Assembly: GCA_030141605.1 (NCBI GenBank) | Contig: JAQGDQ010000226.1 | Coordinates: 124,001-188,000 of the forward strand | Length of the DNA: 64,000 bases | Direction: 5' to 3' | From: Tubiluchus corallicola | Lineage: Eukaryota; Animalia; Priapulida | Shown: in pieces, positions 25,665-38,936 of the stretch | Position numbering within the stretch: the stretch's first letter is position 1 | Layout: the number at the start of each line of letters is the position of its first letter | Made by a program: the position numbers and the translations under genes | The notes under the pieces: generated by a model | Told to the model about the DNA's origin: nothing | Seen by the model: the letters and a program-made list of their open reading frames with translations, nothing else | Database searches by the model: none

Positions 25665-27347
25665 GCTTTTCTCACTTGCAAGACAGTCGTACTAGCAATG
25701 ATAAAGAGCAGTAGAAAAAGTGATTCTTTGCTTTTCTCACTTGCAAGACAGTTGTACTAGCAATGATAAAGAGCAGTAGAAAAAGTGATTCTTTGCTTTC
25801 CTCACTTGCAAGACAGTTGTACTAGCAATGATAAAGAGCAGTAGAAAAAGTGATTCTTTACTCTTCTCACTTGCAAGACAGTTGTACTAGCAATGATAAA
25901 AAGCAGTAAAAAATGATTCTTTGCTTTTCCCACTTGCAAGACAGTTGTACTAGCAATGATAAAGAGCAGTAAAAAGTGATTCTTTACTTTTCTCACTTGC
26001 AAGACAGTTGTACTAGCAATGATAAAGAGCAGTAGAAAAAGTGATTCTACTTTTCCCACTTGCATGACAGTTGTACTAGCAATGATAAAGAGCAGTAGAA
26101 AAAGTGATTCTACTTTTCCCACTTGCATGACAGTTGTACTAGCAATGATAAAGAGCAGTAGAAAAAGTGATTCTTTACTCTTCTCACTTGCAAGGCAGTT
26201 GTACTAGCAATGATAAAGAGCAGTAAAAAAAGTGATTCCTTACTTTTCTCACTTGCATGACAGTTGTACTAGCAATGATAAAGAGCAGTAGAAAAAGCGA
26301 TTCTTTACTTTTCCCACTTGCATGACAGTAGTACTAGCAATGATAAAGAGCAGTAAAAAAGTGATTCTTTACTCTTCTCACTTGCAAGACAGTTGTACTA
26401 GCAATGATAAAGAGCAGTAAAAAACGTGATTCCCTTACTTTTCCCACTTGCAAGACAGTTGTACTAGCAATGATAAAGAGCAGTAGAAAAAGTGATTCCT
26501 TACTTTTCCCACTTGCATGACAATTGTACTAGCAATGATAAAGAGCAGTAGAAAAAGTGATTCTTTACTTTTCTCACTTGCATGACAGTTGTACTAGCAA
26601 TGATAAAGAGCAGTAGAAAAAGTGATTCTTTACTTTTCTCACTTGCAAGACAGTTGTACTAGCAATGATAAAGAGCAGTAAAAAGTGATTCTTTACTTTT
26701 CCCACTTGCATGACAGTTGTACTAGCAATGATAAAGAGCAGTAAAAAAAGTGATTCTTTACTTTTCTCATTTGCAAGACAGTTGTACTAGCAATGATAAA
26801 GAGCAGTAAAAAAGTGATTCTTTACTTTTCTCATTTGCAAGACAGTTGTACTAGCAATGATAAAGAGCAGTAAAAAAGTGATTCTTTACTTTTCTCATTT
26901 GCAAGACAGTTGTACTAGCAATGATAAAGAGCAGTAGAAAAAGTGATTTTTTTACTCTTCTCACTTGCAAGACAGTTGTACTAGCAATGATAAAGAGCAG
27001 TAGAAAAAGTGATTCTTTACTTTTCTCATTTGCAAGACAGTTGTACTAGCAATGATAAAGAGCAGTAGAAAAAGTGATTCGTCACTTTTCTCACTTGCAA
27101 GACAGTTGTACTAGCAATGATAAAGAGCAGTAGAAAAAGTGATTCCCTTACTTTTCTCACTTGCAAGACAGTTGTACTAGCAATGATAAAGAGCAGTAGA
27201 AAAAGTGATTCTTTACTTTTCTCACTTGCAAGACAATTGTACTAGCAATGATAAAGAGCAGTAGAAAAAGTGATTCCCTTACTCTTCTCACTTGCGAGAC
27301 AGTTGTACTAGCAATAATAAAGAGAAGTAAAAAGTGATTCTTTACTT
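25665..27347. repeat. Minisatellite, ~62-65-bp unit, ~26 copies
   Basis: Unit ctcacttgcaagacagttgtactagcaatgataaagagcagtagaaaaagtgattctttactttt. Confidence 0.97.
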
Positions 27348-27829
27348 CCCAAATTTTCACTTCCTTCAGTTGTAAATGAGTTTTCATAAAGAACTATCCA
27401 TTCAAGGTTATTGACAAGTGATTACACACAACTAAAAACTGTTTACAATCTGGTCTCAGGTTTACAAAGTTTATTTGTTGAGCTCCCTGAAGTTTTCAAG
27501 TTGTCAGTAACCTTTGGCTTTGGACCATCCAATCAGAGTGACCAATTTGACACCTATCCAGCACTGAACCTCTCAGGTGTTCAGTCGACTACCCCAATTT
27601 CTTAAAGTTTTGGAGTCGTTTTAATTAACTTCAAGTTGCAAACGACTGACTACGCAATATATTATTATACCTAAAATCTGTTGGCTATCTGCTTCAAATA
27701 TAAAAAACCATAAATCCATAACAGAGATGGGTTTAGGCATAGGGCGAGACTGCAAATTACTCAAGTTAGGTTGCCCAACTAGCTACACTATTTCCACGCT
27801 AGCTCATTAACTCACGTTATTGCCGAACC

Positions 27830-28025
27830 CAAGATTTTCTAACATGTCTTACAGATGTCACACAAGATTGTCTGATGTATACTGACCAATGGCAATTTTT
27901 ATCATCTTGATGTCCACTCTGTCCAGGGGTTGAGGTTCGGCAAATTTTCAGGCCATTCAAGTCAAACAAAAAAATTAATGTCAGACTTTTCAGATCACAG
28001 CTCCTATCATACCCTTCAAGATAGC
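27830..28025 (+). repeat. Dispersed repeat (~195 bp), copy 2
   Basis: Direct copy of 24448-24645. Confidence 0.85.
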
Positions 28026-28589
28026 TCATTAATTCACTCTACTGCCGAAACAAGCTTAGATCAAAGTTTCGTAACATAAAAAACAACCATTAGAGATTAG
28101 ACCATCTTCTCAAAGGCAAAATATATTGTAATCAAAGCCGGTTTAATAACTGTACAACCTATTACTGCAGTATTCACCTGACTAGTTACGCCATCTACAG
28201 TGGGATAGACAAAATACACAAAGCCTGCAAGAAATGAAGCCAAACAATTGTGTTCTAATTCATACGGAATGTGCTGCCACATTACTAAAACATTCTTCAT
28301 TAATTACTTAGACATATGCTAAATGCACTAAAATATCTGCTGAACAGGCTGAAATTTTTATGAAAATAAAATACACAGACACCAACTAAAAGTGACATAA
28401 TGAGCATGACTGTAAATAAATATTTAATGAGAGCAATTGAGAGAGAGAGAGCCATGCCTATTACAGTTATAACTTAATTATCTCAGCAGTTGGATGGTAA
28501 GTAACAAACGAGACAAGTAATTACTTTAATCATTATATTAAATAATATTACGTAATCAGGAGTCAGGAAGCAATTTTTGAAATGGATTA

Positions 28590-29154
28590 CCGTATTTTCC
28601 CATGTATAGGAGACCCTTGTGTATAAGAGACCCCTTCAATTTTTAGGCAAAAATTCTGGAAAAAAGTTTTTTGGTAATGAATAACTTTATTCATCATAGA
28701 AATCATTAAATTCCTCATCACTCTCATCAAATGCTTGTATTGCTTACAACCGCTTCATAGTCGAACGCGACACGCCTTGCTTAGGCTGACTCATCTCGCT
28801 GACCTCTGCCGACGTATCAATGACGTCGACGGGCATGCAGAGAGCTTATGCAGATGCGTTGATTGGCTGCAGAACAATCGATTTCTCTCCAATACGAAAG
28901 AGACATTTAAAAAAATAATAACTTACCCGGTACATTAATTTTATCATTAGAATTTAGCCATGGAGCAGATTTATTGAAAGGAAACTATAATTATTCGAAA
29001 TAAAACAGTTGTAGAGCACTTATTTCTTTAAAATCATTAGTGTCACAATTTATGCATCTTATTGAAAAGACTTACTCCCATGTATAAGAGACCCCCTATT
29101 TTTAAAGTGAAAATTCTGGGCAAAAAAGGGTCTCTTATACACGGGAAAATACGG
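28590..29154. mobile_element. Tc2/pogo-like MITE
   Basis: TA|ccgtattttcccatgtataggagaccc ... gggtctcttatacacgggaaaatacgg|TA, with internal direct repeats of tgtataagagacccc. Confidence 0.88.
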
Positions 29155-29964
29155 TAATTAAAGCTGTGGGAGGGGCGAAGGAGTTAAATGTTTACATTAT
29201 CCAGACAGGATTATAAGCATTTTATGTTCTGTTTTTTAATAACAGGACATGCAACAGTAATGATCATGAATTAACAAATACAGAAACAATGAAGCAAAAC
29301 TTTTGTCAGGAAACTTAAAAAAACATTGGAGAAGCAAACATTAAAAAGTTTGCCAAATCACAATAGGCGGTGCTCTCTGCTAACAAATATTTAAAACAAT
29401 AGAGTCAATTCAGTGGTACATGCCTCAGCTTTTCCACCAAAGTAACAAGAACACGAAGACACACATGAAATTAAGCAACGCGAATATTTGCTAGTTCTGG
29501 AAGTATTTGGGAAGGGGATTTTCACTTTTAGCGTGCTGTTTAGAATAAAATACTGCAGGGGAATTTTTAAACGGATAATTTCTGCCAAAACTAACGTAAT
29601 GGAAAAGTTGAAAATGGGCACTGGGGACATAGGAAAAACTTTCACAGGAACTGATTTCAGCTTCAGTAGAAATGTCCAAATCACTTTTCGGGCAACAAAT
29701 ACAACTGGAATAAGTCTTTTTCTTTGGTGTCTACCAGTCATGAGACAGTATCGCATCAGAAAGTTTGTTATTAAAAAAATTATCCTGGGACAAAAATTGT
29801 ACGTTCTGTGGAGAATGACCCGTAAATATTTTGCGAGTGGGGAATCAGTTGTATAAAATTCACTGCTGAATTTGACGCGCTTTTAAGATGCCAAAATAAT
29901 CTTCTTACTAATTCTCACTTGGATGTCTAGATATAAAAAAGTAGAGATTTTACATACTACACTC

Positions 29965-30052
29965 ACATACACACGCACACACGCACACACACACACACAC
30001 ACACATGCACGCACGCACCCGCATGCACGCACGCACGCACACACACACACAC
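29965..30052. repeat. (CA)n/(CACG)n microsatellite
   Basis: Read directly from the sequence. Confidence 0.95.
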
Positions 30053-30569
30053 AAACTCCTGCATTTCGCTAAAATGTACACGAACAAAAATAAAACGAAC
30101 AGCTACTGCTAGATGGCAGCACGATAAACCATAAAATACTAACAGAAAAAAAACTAAATGCTTTAAAACGTTTGAGACAAAACTAAAGTACCAACTCACT
30201 TCACATAAATGTAACAGATAAAGAAGTTGCAACTTTTAATGGAACACAATAACAACGGAACAGCTGGCATTTCTTAAAAATCTTGGGTCCGCAGTTTTCG
30301 TTTCGTCATGTTCATACGAAAATTAAAAGTCTACAGACATGAAATACATTATATCAAAATTTTATTTTTTTAAAAAACACGACTGTTCTTGCTAAAGTAA
30401 TTAGCTATTCAAATAAAACTAAAAAGCATACTTTTTCGGATGAAAATGTTTAAGGTATTCCTGTGACAGCAGTCACAACAATGTAATAAAAAGATTCAAA
30501 TTGCTTAAAGCAAAACCAGACCTAATCTTAACCTGTAGGTCAAAACAATCTATGCTTTAAAATATCAAA

Positions 30570-31104
30570 AGGAAACATACTATTTTTTGAAAAATGACTT
30601 ACGTGAAAGAATTATAACCACACAAACACAATTTCGCATTCGCGCCACTAGTTCTTCACTGTTACGTGCATTTCGCCATTCGCTAGTTAGACGGGCACTA
30701 GCGCCTGCATTTCGGAACTGCATTGCACAGAAAACAGTTCAGATGTGTTAGTCTGTGATGAACTACACATGTTCGAGAACTCATGCGTGAGCACAGTGGG
30801 AAATTTGAAGTTTAATCTTAAAACTTGCCTAGTTTTAGTACAACACACTGGATATCTTACAGTAGCACAGTACTTCAATTTTCACATTCGCAAACACGTG
30901 CAACACGCTTATGGAACATTTTTACTGTTGAAAATTATGTTAGTTTGTGATGTCAGCAATAATTGGACTCGCCCACCATTAATTAAGTTTTTAATCTATT
31001 ATTTGAATATCAGAAACGCTTTTGCAGTATTAATTTAGTTAAAATGTAAACTTTTTATGTGACTTGAGAATGGGGTGGTATATGAAAAATCATCTTGTCT
31101 TCCT
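30570..31104 (-). mobile_element. TTAA-flanked (Kolobok-type) element, reverse copy
   Basis: Reverse complement of 9279-9847; ends gtcttcct|TTAA. Confidence 0.75.
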
Positions 31105-31159
31105 TTAAAGGTGGAGTACAAAGAAATATATATTATACGTGCTCTACTTCTATTGTGGT

Positions 31160-31420
31160 GTCAACATACTAACTAGAAGAAACCTCTGGAACTATCCAGC
31201 AACAGTAAAACCTTAGTTCAACCAAAACTGGAGTACGCCAGCTCAATTTGAAAACGTAATTATCATAATCATCAGAAGGACTCGCTGAGGAACATGAAGC
31301 ATAAAGCAGCTAGATTTCTCAGAAATGATTTTGATCGAAACATCAGTGTAATATCAATGAGAACAGATCTCAAATGGAAATCTTTAGAAACAAGAATCAT
31401 TTCAGTACTGTCTACAAAGA
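31160..31420 (+). mobile_element. L2/CR1-group LINE ORF2 remnant
   Basis: RRNLW...TLVQPKLEYASSI*...KHKAARFLRNDFDRNISVISMRTDLKWKSLETR resembles LVRPxLEYASSVW...QRRAARF...SVxxMLxxLxWxSLxxRR. Confidence 0.85.
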
Positions 31421-31560
31421 GTCATATGGATACAACCCAAGTAATATTGTGGCTTGCTAATTAACCCAAGGCGGCCGCACACTCATTTCAATTCTAACTT
31501 AATTATTGAGTGCTAAAAACAAACAAGGACTGTTATGTATACTCTTAGAAGTAATTATTA

Positions 31561-32205
31561 TATGTGTGCTTGCAAATCAAAACCGTTCATAAGATGGCAT
31601 AGTTAAAACTACGTAGTGATGCTTCAAAGCAGAATGCATCAAAAATTTGGTCAAATGTCAATTCTTCGTTTTTCATAAAAACAAAAGCTAAATGTATTGG
31701 ACTTTATTGAAATTATCAAGAAAATGTTAAAAAATACTAAACATCTAATTTTATTACCCCGTACCCATGTCTCTGATTAGAAACCAGTAACGCAATTGTA
31801 AAAAAACGTGTTTCTTCAAACTCCAATAGTAGCTCCTGGAAGCAGTCATTTTGCTTCAGTTTTTCTCTGCTGCCAAGCCCAGATCTTTGTCAGGAAGAGC
31901 CATCTATTGGATTTAACATAATTTTAACGTGTTCTTGAAAAGTCTGTAGCAACCAACACTTGTGCGGTTGGTAAGTGTTTTGAAGAAACAAGAAAAAAAA
32001 CAATGGCTGACTTTAACAGAGATTTTCTCAAGGTTACGTTTTTCAGTGTGCAGCCTGTACCTCAACTTCAACGTGGATTATCTCAGCTTAGAAATGACAT
32101 AGAGCGATGAACTTGGTATTAAAATGATCCTCATGAAATGGAGATTCGATATCTAAAAAATTGAATTGCCGACTTATGGACGATTTTGTTATGCGAGTAC
32201 ACATA
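31561..32205. mobile_element. TA-flanked MITE with ~35-bp TIRs
   Basis: TA|tatgtgtgcttgcaaatcaaaaccgttcataag ... cttatggacgattttgttatgcgagtacacata|TA. Confidence 0.75.
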
Positions 32206-33260
32206 TACACTCTGAAAAATGTTTACCATATCAGATTTACTCTCTAGAAATCAGTATTCTTATATGTATTCCAATCTGCTATTAAACCTAAGACTCAAAA
32301 ATTAATTTCAAACTTGAAGTTCCTGTAAAGTATATTTACATCACTTTCTTTATTTTCACTGTTTGATCAATGAATTTGCTTTGTTTCTTTATGTGCTAGT
32401 TATTTTAAGTTTAAAGATTTACAAGCTTCACGTCTGAAATTACCTTCCCTCTTTTTTCTTCCCTAGGTATGAGCTTCTTGACTTAAATTTTTGTTTTGTT
32501 TATTCATTTACTATTCACCTGGCATATTTATTTATTTGTTCGCATTAAAATTTTAAACTAGTATTGAACTTATTATGTTAATTTTTGCCAACTTATCTTT
32601 ATTTTTTTGTTGTTTTCAAATTTTGAGTTGCATGTCTACACCTGCTTGACAGGTTTCACTTAATTTTCTTTACTTTCGGACAGGGGTGGCTGATCTGGTG
32701 AGCGTCTTTTCCTAACCCGATTTCTTTTCTGTTTCATTTTTTGTTAATGTTTACTTTGTAAATTACAGATTGCTTACTAAAGTAACTACTTTCTTACTCG
32801 CCTTTTCCATGCACTTCTTTGCAGATGATATGGAGACCTTTGAACGCTTGCTCAAGAACCACCTGTAGCAGACCAAGTGGTTGCCTGTACGTCAGCAACT
32901 CAGTAGGAGATAACTTGTACAAAACCAGATCAAGATAGAAAAATCTTACGGTAGTTATCTTTGGTTTTGTACAAACAAGTCAAAACAACATGTAGGAAAT
33001 CACACTTTACCATGCATCGCCTTCTAGTTTGTACTAACCATAATACAAGAAAGTGTTTTCGGGCTTTAGCAGAAGAACTTGAATCATAGTCACCGAATGC
33101 CGGTCAAATTTATGCAAAACTTGGGATAAATGCATTTTAATTTTTAGTTGTCACGTTTCAGCAATATGGGTATACTTAGATTTTTGTGAGCGAAGAGATT
33201 CGTAGCTAAGCCAACGCCTTTCTCCTTTCTCCGTTCCAGGCGTACCATGCACACAACTAC

Positions 33261-33635
33261 TAGGGGTGAGCATTTTCTAACAGAAAGCGAATTCGAATCG
33301 AACCGAATTTGTGATTTTCGAATTCGAACCAAACTTCAGTGTTTCGAATTCGAACCGAATTCGAAATGAGATTGAAAGATTTTCGAACAACCAGTAAAAA
33401 TTAGTCTTACAAAGATCATGTGTATTACTAGATTTTGTTGTACAATAAAACGACTAGTAATTGGTATAAAATTGTGCACAGAAATCACATCTAAATCACG
33501 CTAAATGCGTGACGTTTCAATCGTTTTAGTGATGAAGAATATGTGTGATTGAAGTGCTGAATTATTCGAATCCATGGTTTTGGATTCGAATCGAGTTCGA
33601 ACTAAAAAAACTCGAACGTTCGATGCTCACCCCTA
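33261..33635. mobile_element. hAT MITE
   Basis: TIR taggggtgagcat ... atgctcaccccta; perfect 8-bp TSD acaactac; subterminal ttcgaa repeats. Confidence 0.95.
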
Positions 33636-34908
33636 ACAACTACTTATGAAAAATAAGGGCAAGGGCTACATCTGCATACAAAGTGCAATAAAGGAAATTA
33701 AATTTTATAACTTTTTCTTAAACCCCATAGCACCCGTGTATTTCTTGGCTGCTATGCAAATTTACTGAAAAATAAATACGAATTTTGGGAGCTTTTTTCT
33801 CCTAATTTTAATTTCAATTTTTTCGCCATCCACTCAAACATAAATGCCAATATTTAGGCTCAAATACATCGTAGAGAGCTGAAACTGATACCAAAATGAT
33901 CAGCATTAACAGGAGAATAAGAATACTCATATAGCTAAAAATTGATACCTAGCGCACTATGGGGACAGTTTTGCTATGCACGGTCACAATTAACAATTTA
34001 AGCTTTGAAAGTGGCAACTATTTTAGCAGAACTCAGTTAGTTTATGCAGAAAAGCAATACTATCTGCACAGCTTCACTGACACACAAGTATCAGAGCTAC
34101 TTATGTAGAAAAAACCTATAATACTTAAAAATGTGCTAGATTAAATTTCTAAAGGTGTACACTAAGCCCAATTTTTTTTAGCAGAAAATAGCTTTCAAGA
34201 AAGTATTAAAATAATGGAGAATAGGAGCAGTCCACATTCAGCAAACATGTAAGTAGTGTGTTCAATTTTTCTCCACACCACTTTTTGTGCAATCAATTTT
34301 GGAACCTGCAATCAGTGCAGGAAAAGTAAAATTTTGAAAAAAATTATTCAAACATCTTATTGCTGGATGCCCAACTGACTGACGGTCAGGTCTTCTGGCA
34401 TATCATTTTGCAGTTTTAAATTGTCAAAATTTTGACATTTTTGGTAAACGGAAATGGGATCATAAATACTTCCACTTCAATTAATGACTTTGTCTACTGT
34501 AAAAATGAACGTAACACTGCGCCCACCAATTAATTGAATCTTGAAATCAAACTTTGAAAATTAGAAAAAAATTAGAACTAGAAACTTACTGCTAACAAGA
34601 CAAATGCCGCAACTGCTAGACGACCATGTTTCCCAGCGATTATGCCAACCAAAAGTTCATTCTTTATGGCTAGCCAACCATTTTCAGACTTTACAAATAA
34701 TTTTTAGATAGCCATAGAGTTATTTTTAACTTAGAAAGACGCTAATAGCGTCATAGTCAACAGACCATAAGAAATGAACTTTGGATTTAATTGTGGATTT
34801 GTTAATAATAATCCCGATATTAAAGATTATAATAATTATTTCCTTCACTAGTCTAGAACATAAGATTGGCTCTCCAACGAATCTTTTTGCTAATTACCGA
34901 CTGCTTTG

Positions 34909-34988
34909 TAATAATAACGATGATGATGATAATGATAACGACAACGACGACGATGATAAAGATGATGATGATGACTGACAATGATAAT
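34909..34988. repeat. (GAT/GAC/AAT)n trinucleotide microsatellite
   Basis: Read directly from the sequence. Confidence 0.9.
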
Positions 34989-36117
34989 CTTTGTTTTACG
35001 TCGCTTTTGGATAAACAACTAACATAAACTCATAGACGGAGCCACTCTCTAATTCCCTGCACTAATCTTGCATATTAAATTATGTTTTAGCCACATTTGC
35101 ATAGCGTGAAAAAAACTTATTGCAAATTCTTTAATTAAACTAGAATAGCTATAATTCTTTTGTTTGTCAATATAAATTCATTTTGTTTAAGAAATGCCAC
35201 TATTTTGCTATTTATTGGAAATCAAATTTGCACATATTTTAACACATTCGTAGTGATAAAGCAGTTTTTACCAAATGTTACCAAGCTTGAGGGGCCCTAG
35301 GCTGCTGCCCTCTACCAGCCCATTGAAAATCCACCCCTGTGTGTAGCATTATATACCTGGTAATTTACAGACGCAAGGAGTGAAATTTCAAGTACGAGAA
35401 TTAAATATTTCTTATTATGTCGAGCAAGGTCTTCGACCTCTCGTCCATCTTAAATCTTGTTTTATAATAACACAAGCCGGTATTATTGTCGTGTTTTCTT
35501 CACGCGCATGAATGCAGTTAATTCATCCAATTCAGAACTTGAATTTATCAAACTTTGTTGTTGTAGAACCCTGGTTGAAAAACACAATGGAAAACCGGAA
35601 ACGGAAAGTGAAGAGTTTAATTTAGAGAGGCGTTCATAGTAAAGAGGATCTGTTTAAATTGATGATTTAAGATCAAATTATTAAATTATTAAATTGATTC
35701 AAGATTAAATTATTGATTATCCAAGATTAAATAATTTGTCTCAGCTAGAAGGCAAGTTGGGTGTGTCCACATCACGCTATGATCAGCTGATGTTCGACAT
35801 ACTTAGGAGGACGATGGACCCATGCGCAGAAGTTCATTGCCCGCACCTCCGAGCAGATTAGGAGCTGACTTGAGGACGGAGGGTTGGCATCACTATTTCA
35901 CTATTTATACCGCGTCTGTGTTTAATATTTAATAGATGTGCAGTTTTATAAATTAAGCTTTGGTAGTTTGCCATGCCCTTTGTGGCTGTTCACACGCAAT
36001 CACGAGTCACACAGCCACCACAATATAAGTAACAATAAAATAAACACTATAAACAGCAAAAATTTTGATTTCATGCTACTGCGCAATCTGTTTAGACACA
36101 TTTTTCATTTGATTTCT

Positions 36118-37577
36118 AGTAAAAAACTCACAGGTAAAAAAGTCACAAAAGGTAAAAAACTCACAGAAGGTAAAAAAGTCACAGACGAGAGTCACAGGAA
36201 TAAAGAAATAACACTATTATTCCTATTATCCTATTATAATTCTATAATTCTATTATCATTCAAACATTGTCGTTCAAACATTATTCTAGATTAGGTGTAT
36301 AGAAAAGAGGAATAGTTCCAATCTGGAATCTGGAATGATCTTAATTATAGTTTAGTTTAAACATAATTTATTTAGGATTGGATCAGACAGTTTGTACAAC
36401 ATGATTTAGAATCCTCACCTCAACAGACTTTATACACTATTTACAAAAACATTTACAGTAAGAATAGACTATACTTAGTTTTTAGTATACTAAAGTTTCA
36501 CTGCAGTGATACATTAGACATTAGTAGAAAATGACGGTTAGTAAATATTAATGTACGAATATTTAACACTGATGCATTTTATATCAGATAGAAACTACTG
36601 GAAGCGTTTAGTACATAATATAAAGTCGTGTATGCATTGGAATATTTTACAGTTAGCAACATAGTTAAATTCATCTTTTCCGAATAATAACGACTTCAAC
36701 AGATCATTAGTTCAGAAGGGAGCTATATTAAGGTTTTCGGGCAGAAGTATTGCATTTAATATATCAAACATAACTACCCTAGTTAGTTGATGCGATGGGC
36801 AGTGCAACAAAAAGTGTTCAACAGACTCAAATTGAAATCCACAGTTACAATTCGGCAATATTGGATGACCGTTATTATCTTTACAGCCTTTAGAGAAAAG
36901 GTCAAAGGTCGTAGTTTAGATGAGAAAATCCGATTCTCATGCGCGTATGATGCACTGAAATTGGAGGATCTTAATTATGGCGTGGTTAATGCGCCAAACA
37001 GCGTCAGTTTCAACACCAGACTAACAAGCTGTAAGTTTTTGAGCTGCTGCCATTTTAAACGTTCTATGTAAGCCATTTTTGTTCTTTATTGTATGTAGTG
37101 TCTCTCCGTTTTAAGTTTCTTTTAAGTTTTTTCTCATTTAATGATAAAATTCCTACTGTCCGTGTATTTGTTCTATAACTGTGATTGTTAATATATTGCA
37201 AATCATTTATATGGTATCGTATGGCTAGCATAAGTACTATGTGCCTGCTGCCATTTTCTTTTGTAAAAAATCCATTTTATGAATGTTCTTAAATAAAAAA
37301 TAACCTTTATTTTTTAATAATAATCTTTTATTTGAAATTGGCTTTAAATTCGACGGACAACACAAGCCAGCCATGAGGCTTTATCACCGACTGTAAATTA
37401 CAAACTAAATTACAATTACCTAACACTAACCTTAACCCCAACCCTAATCCTTATCGCGACTCTAACCATAAATCTAACAAAAATGGATTGTGACTTTTTT
37501 CCTGTGACTTTTTACATAGCAAAAATTACGAATTTTTTACGTGACTTTCCTCCTTTGACTTGATTAGTGGTCACCGC
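36118..37577. mobile_element. MULE/foldback-like element with ggtaaaaaagtcaca subterminal repeats
   Basis: Tandem ggtaaaaaagtcaca at 36118-36200 and inverted tgtgactttttt copies at 37490-37560, ending ggtcaccg. The same motif brackets 43564-47572. Confidence 0.55.
36595..36970 (-). mobile_element. CR1/Crack-type LINE C-terminal remnant nested in the MULE-like element
   Basis: Minus-strand VHHTRMRIGFSHLNYDL ... LLKSLLFGKDEFNYVANCKIFQCIHDFILCTKRFQ*. Confidence 0.8.
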
Positions 37578-38639
37578 AGAAACAATGGCATATATTTTAT
37601 TTTAAAAAACCTACAAATAAAAAATTGAAAAACGTAGCCTTTCATCCCCATTTGGAGGAACATAGAAAAACACCAAATAGGCAAAAATGGGCTAACGTTG
37701 AACATTAGCTTCAAACCTTCAAATAATACTGTTTTTATCTCTTCCTTATTAGTAAAATAGAAGTAAGTACAGCATGTATATCACTTTTTTATTTTTAGTT
37801 AAACCAGAAGCTTATTGCCCGACATTAGTGACTGTACGACAATAGTCCATTTTAGCAATACCAGAATAGTTTTTTTTTGGTATTTTATGTTTTGTAAAAT
37901 CCTTGATTAAGTAAAATCATCAATTAGCAACACAAAAAACTCAAAGGAAGAAACACAAGTACAGTTTTTAATATTTTTGAGTTTTTTATTAATTGAACCA
38001 ATTCTTGTTATTATTTTTACACGATTTTGCATTCAACAAGCCGTCAGGGACTCAGCGGCAGTCTGTCCTTAACGTACGTGCTTGTTAAGAAACCAGAAGC
38101 TAACTCATTTTCCAGGACGAACCTCTAAGAGGAGACATTAATTGACAGAGGTGTATTATAGTCACACTTGGTCATACTTTCGCCAACAAGAGAAATTGGC
38201 GGAATGAGATGTATTCTCTATAGTCAACCATCCATTTAATAATCAGGAATGACATTGTTTAATTTCCATCGTTTAGCTGTTTAGCTATACCGCCATATTG
38301 TGACACGACTTAATAGGTCAATTAAGGGATAAAATAAGAAACAATGCTGGCTATATATTCGTAGCAAAGACTACTATACAAGCTCATGAACATCCTCTCC
38401 ATAATCAATGCCTACTTTGATTTTGGAGAATTTTCAAGAAATGCTCAGAGACGCCTGGCGAATGTACTGCTGCATGGACTACACAATTTGGATATATAGG
38501 CCCACATTCCGAGAAAGAGACGTCTGCATAGTATCTTATTATAATATATCTAGCTGCAACACAACTTTTTGAATTTTACCTTGTTACATATTATTGTATC
38601 TCTGCGTGCCGTTCTACTAACTCTTTTCAGTAAGTGACT

Positions 38640-38936
38640 TTTTCATCGTATTGTCTCTGTACGAAATGTACTGCGTATGTACGACATAAATGGTATATAT
38701 AATCATTCTTTGTGTTTTTTATCGTATTGTCTTTGTACGAAATGTACTACGTATGTACGAAATAAATTGTACATGTAATCATTCTTTCTGTTTTTTAACG
38801 TATTGTCTCTGTACGAAATGTACTACGTATGTACGAATTAAAAGGTTTATATAAGCATTCTTTGTGTTTTTTACGTATTGTCTCTGTACGAAAAGTACTA
38901 CGTATCTAAGAAATAAATGGTATATATAATCATTCA
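38640..38936. repeat. Tandem repeat, 75-76-bp unit, 4 copies
   Basis: cgtattgtctctgtacgaaatgtactacgtatgtacga recurs at ~38648, 38723, 38799 and 38874. Confidence 0.92.

Noticed and set aside
3327-27347. Regular repeat arrays as CRISPR loci
   Set aside because: The units are head-to-tail with no unique spacers, there are no cas genes, and the context is eukaryotic introns.
35401-35448. MDERSKTLLDIIRNI as a first coding exon
   Set aside because: A stop codon follows after 15 codons.
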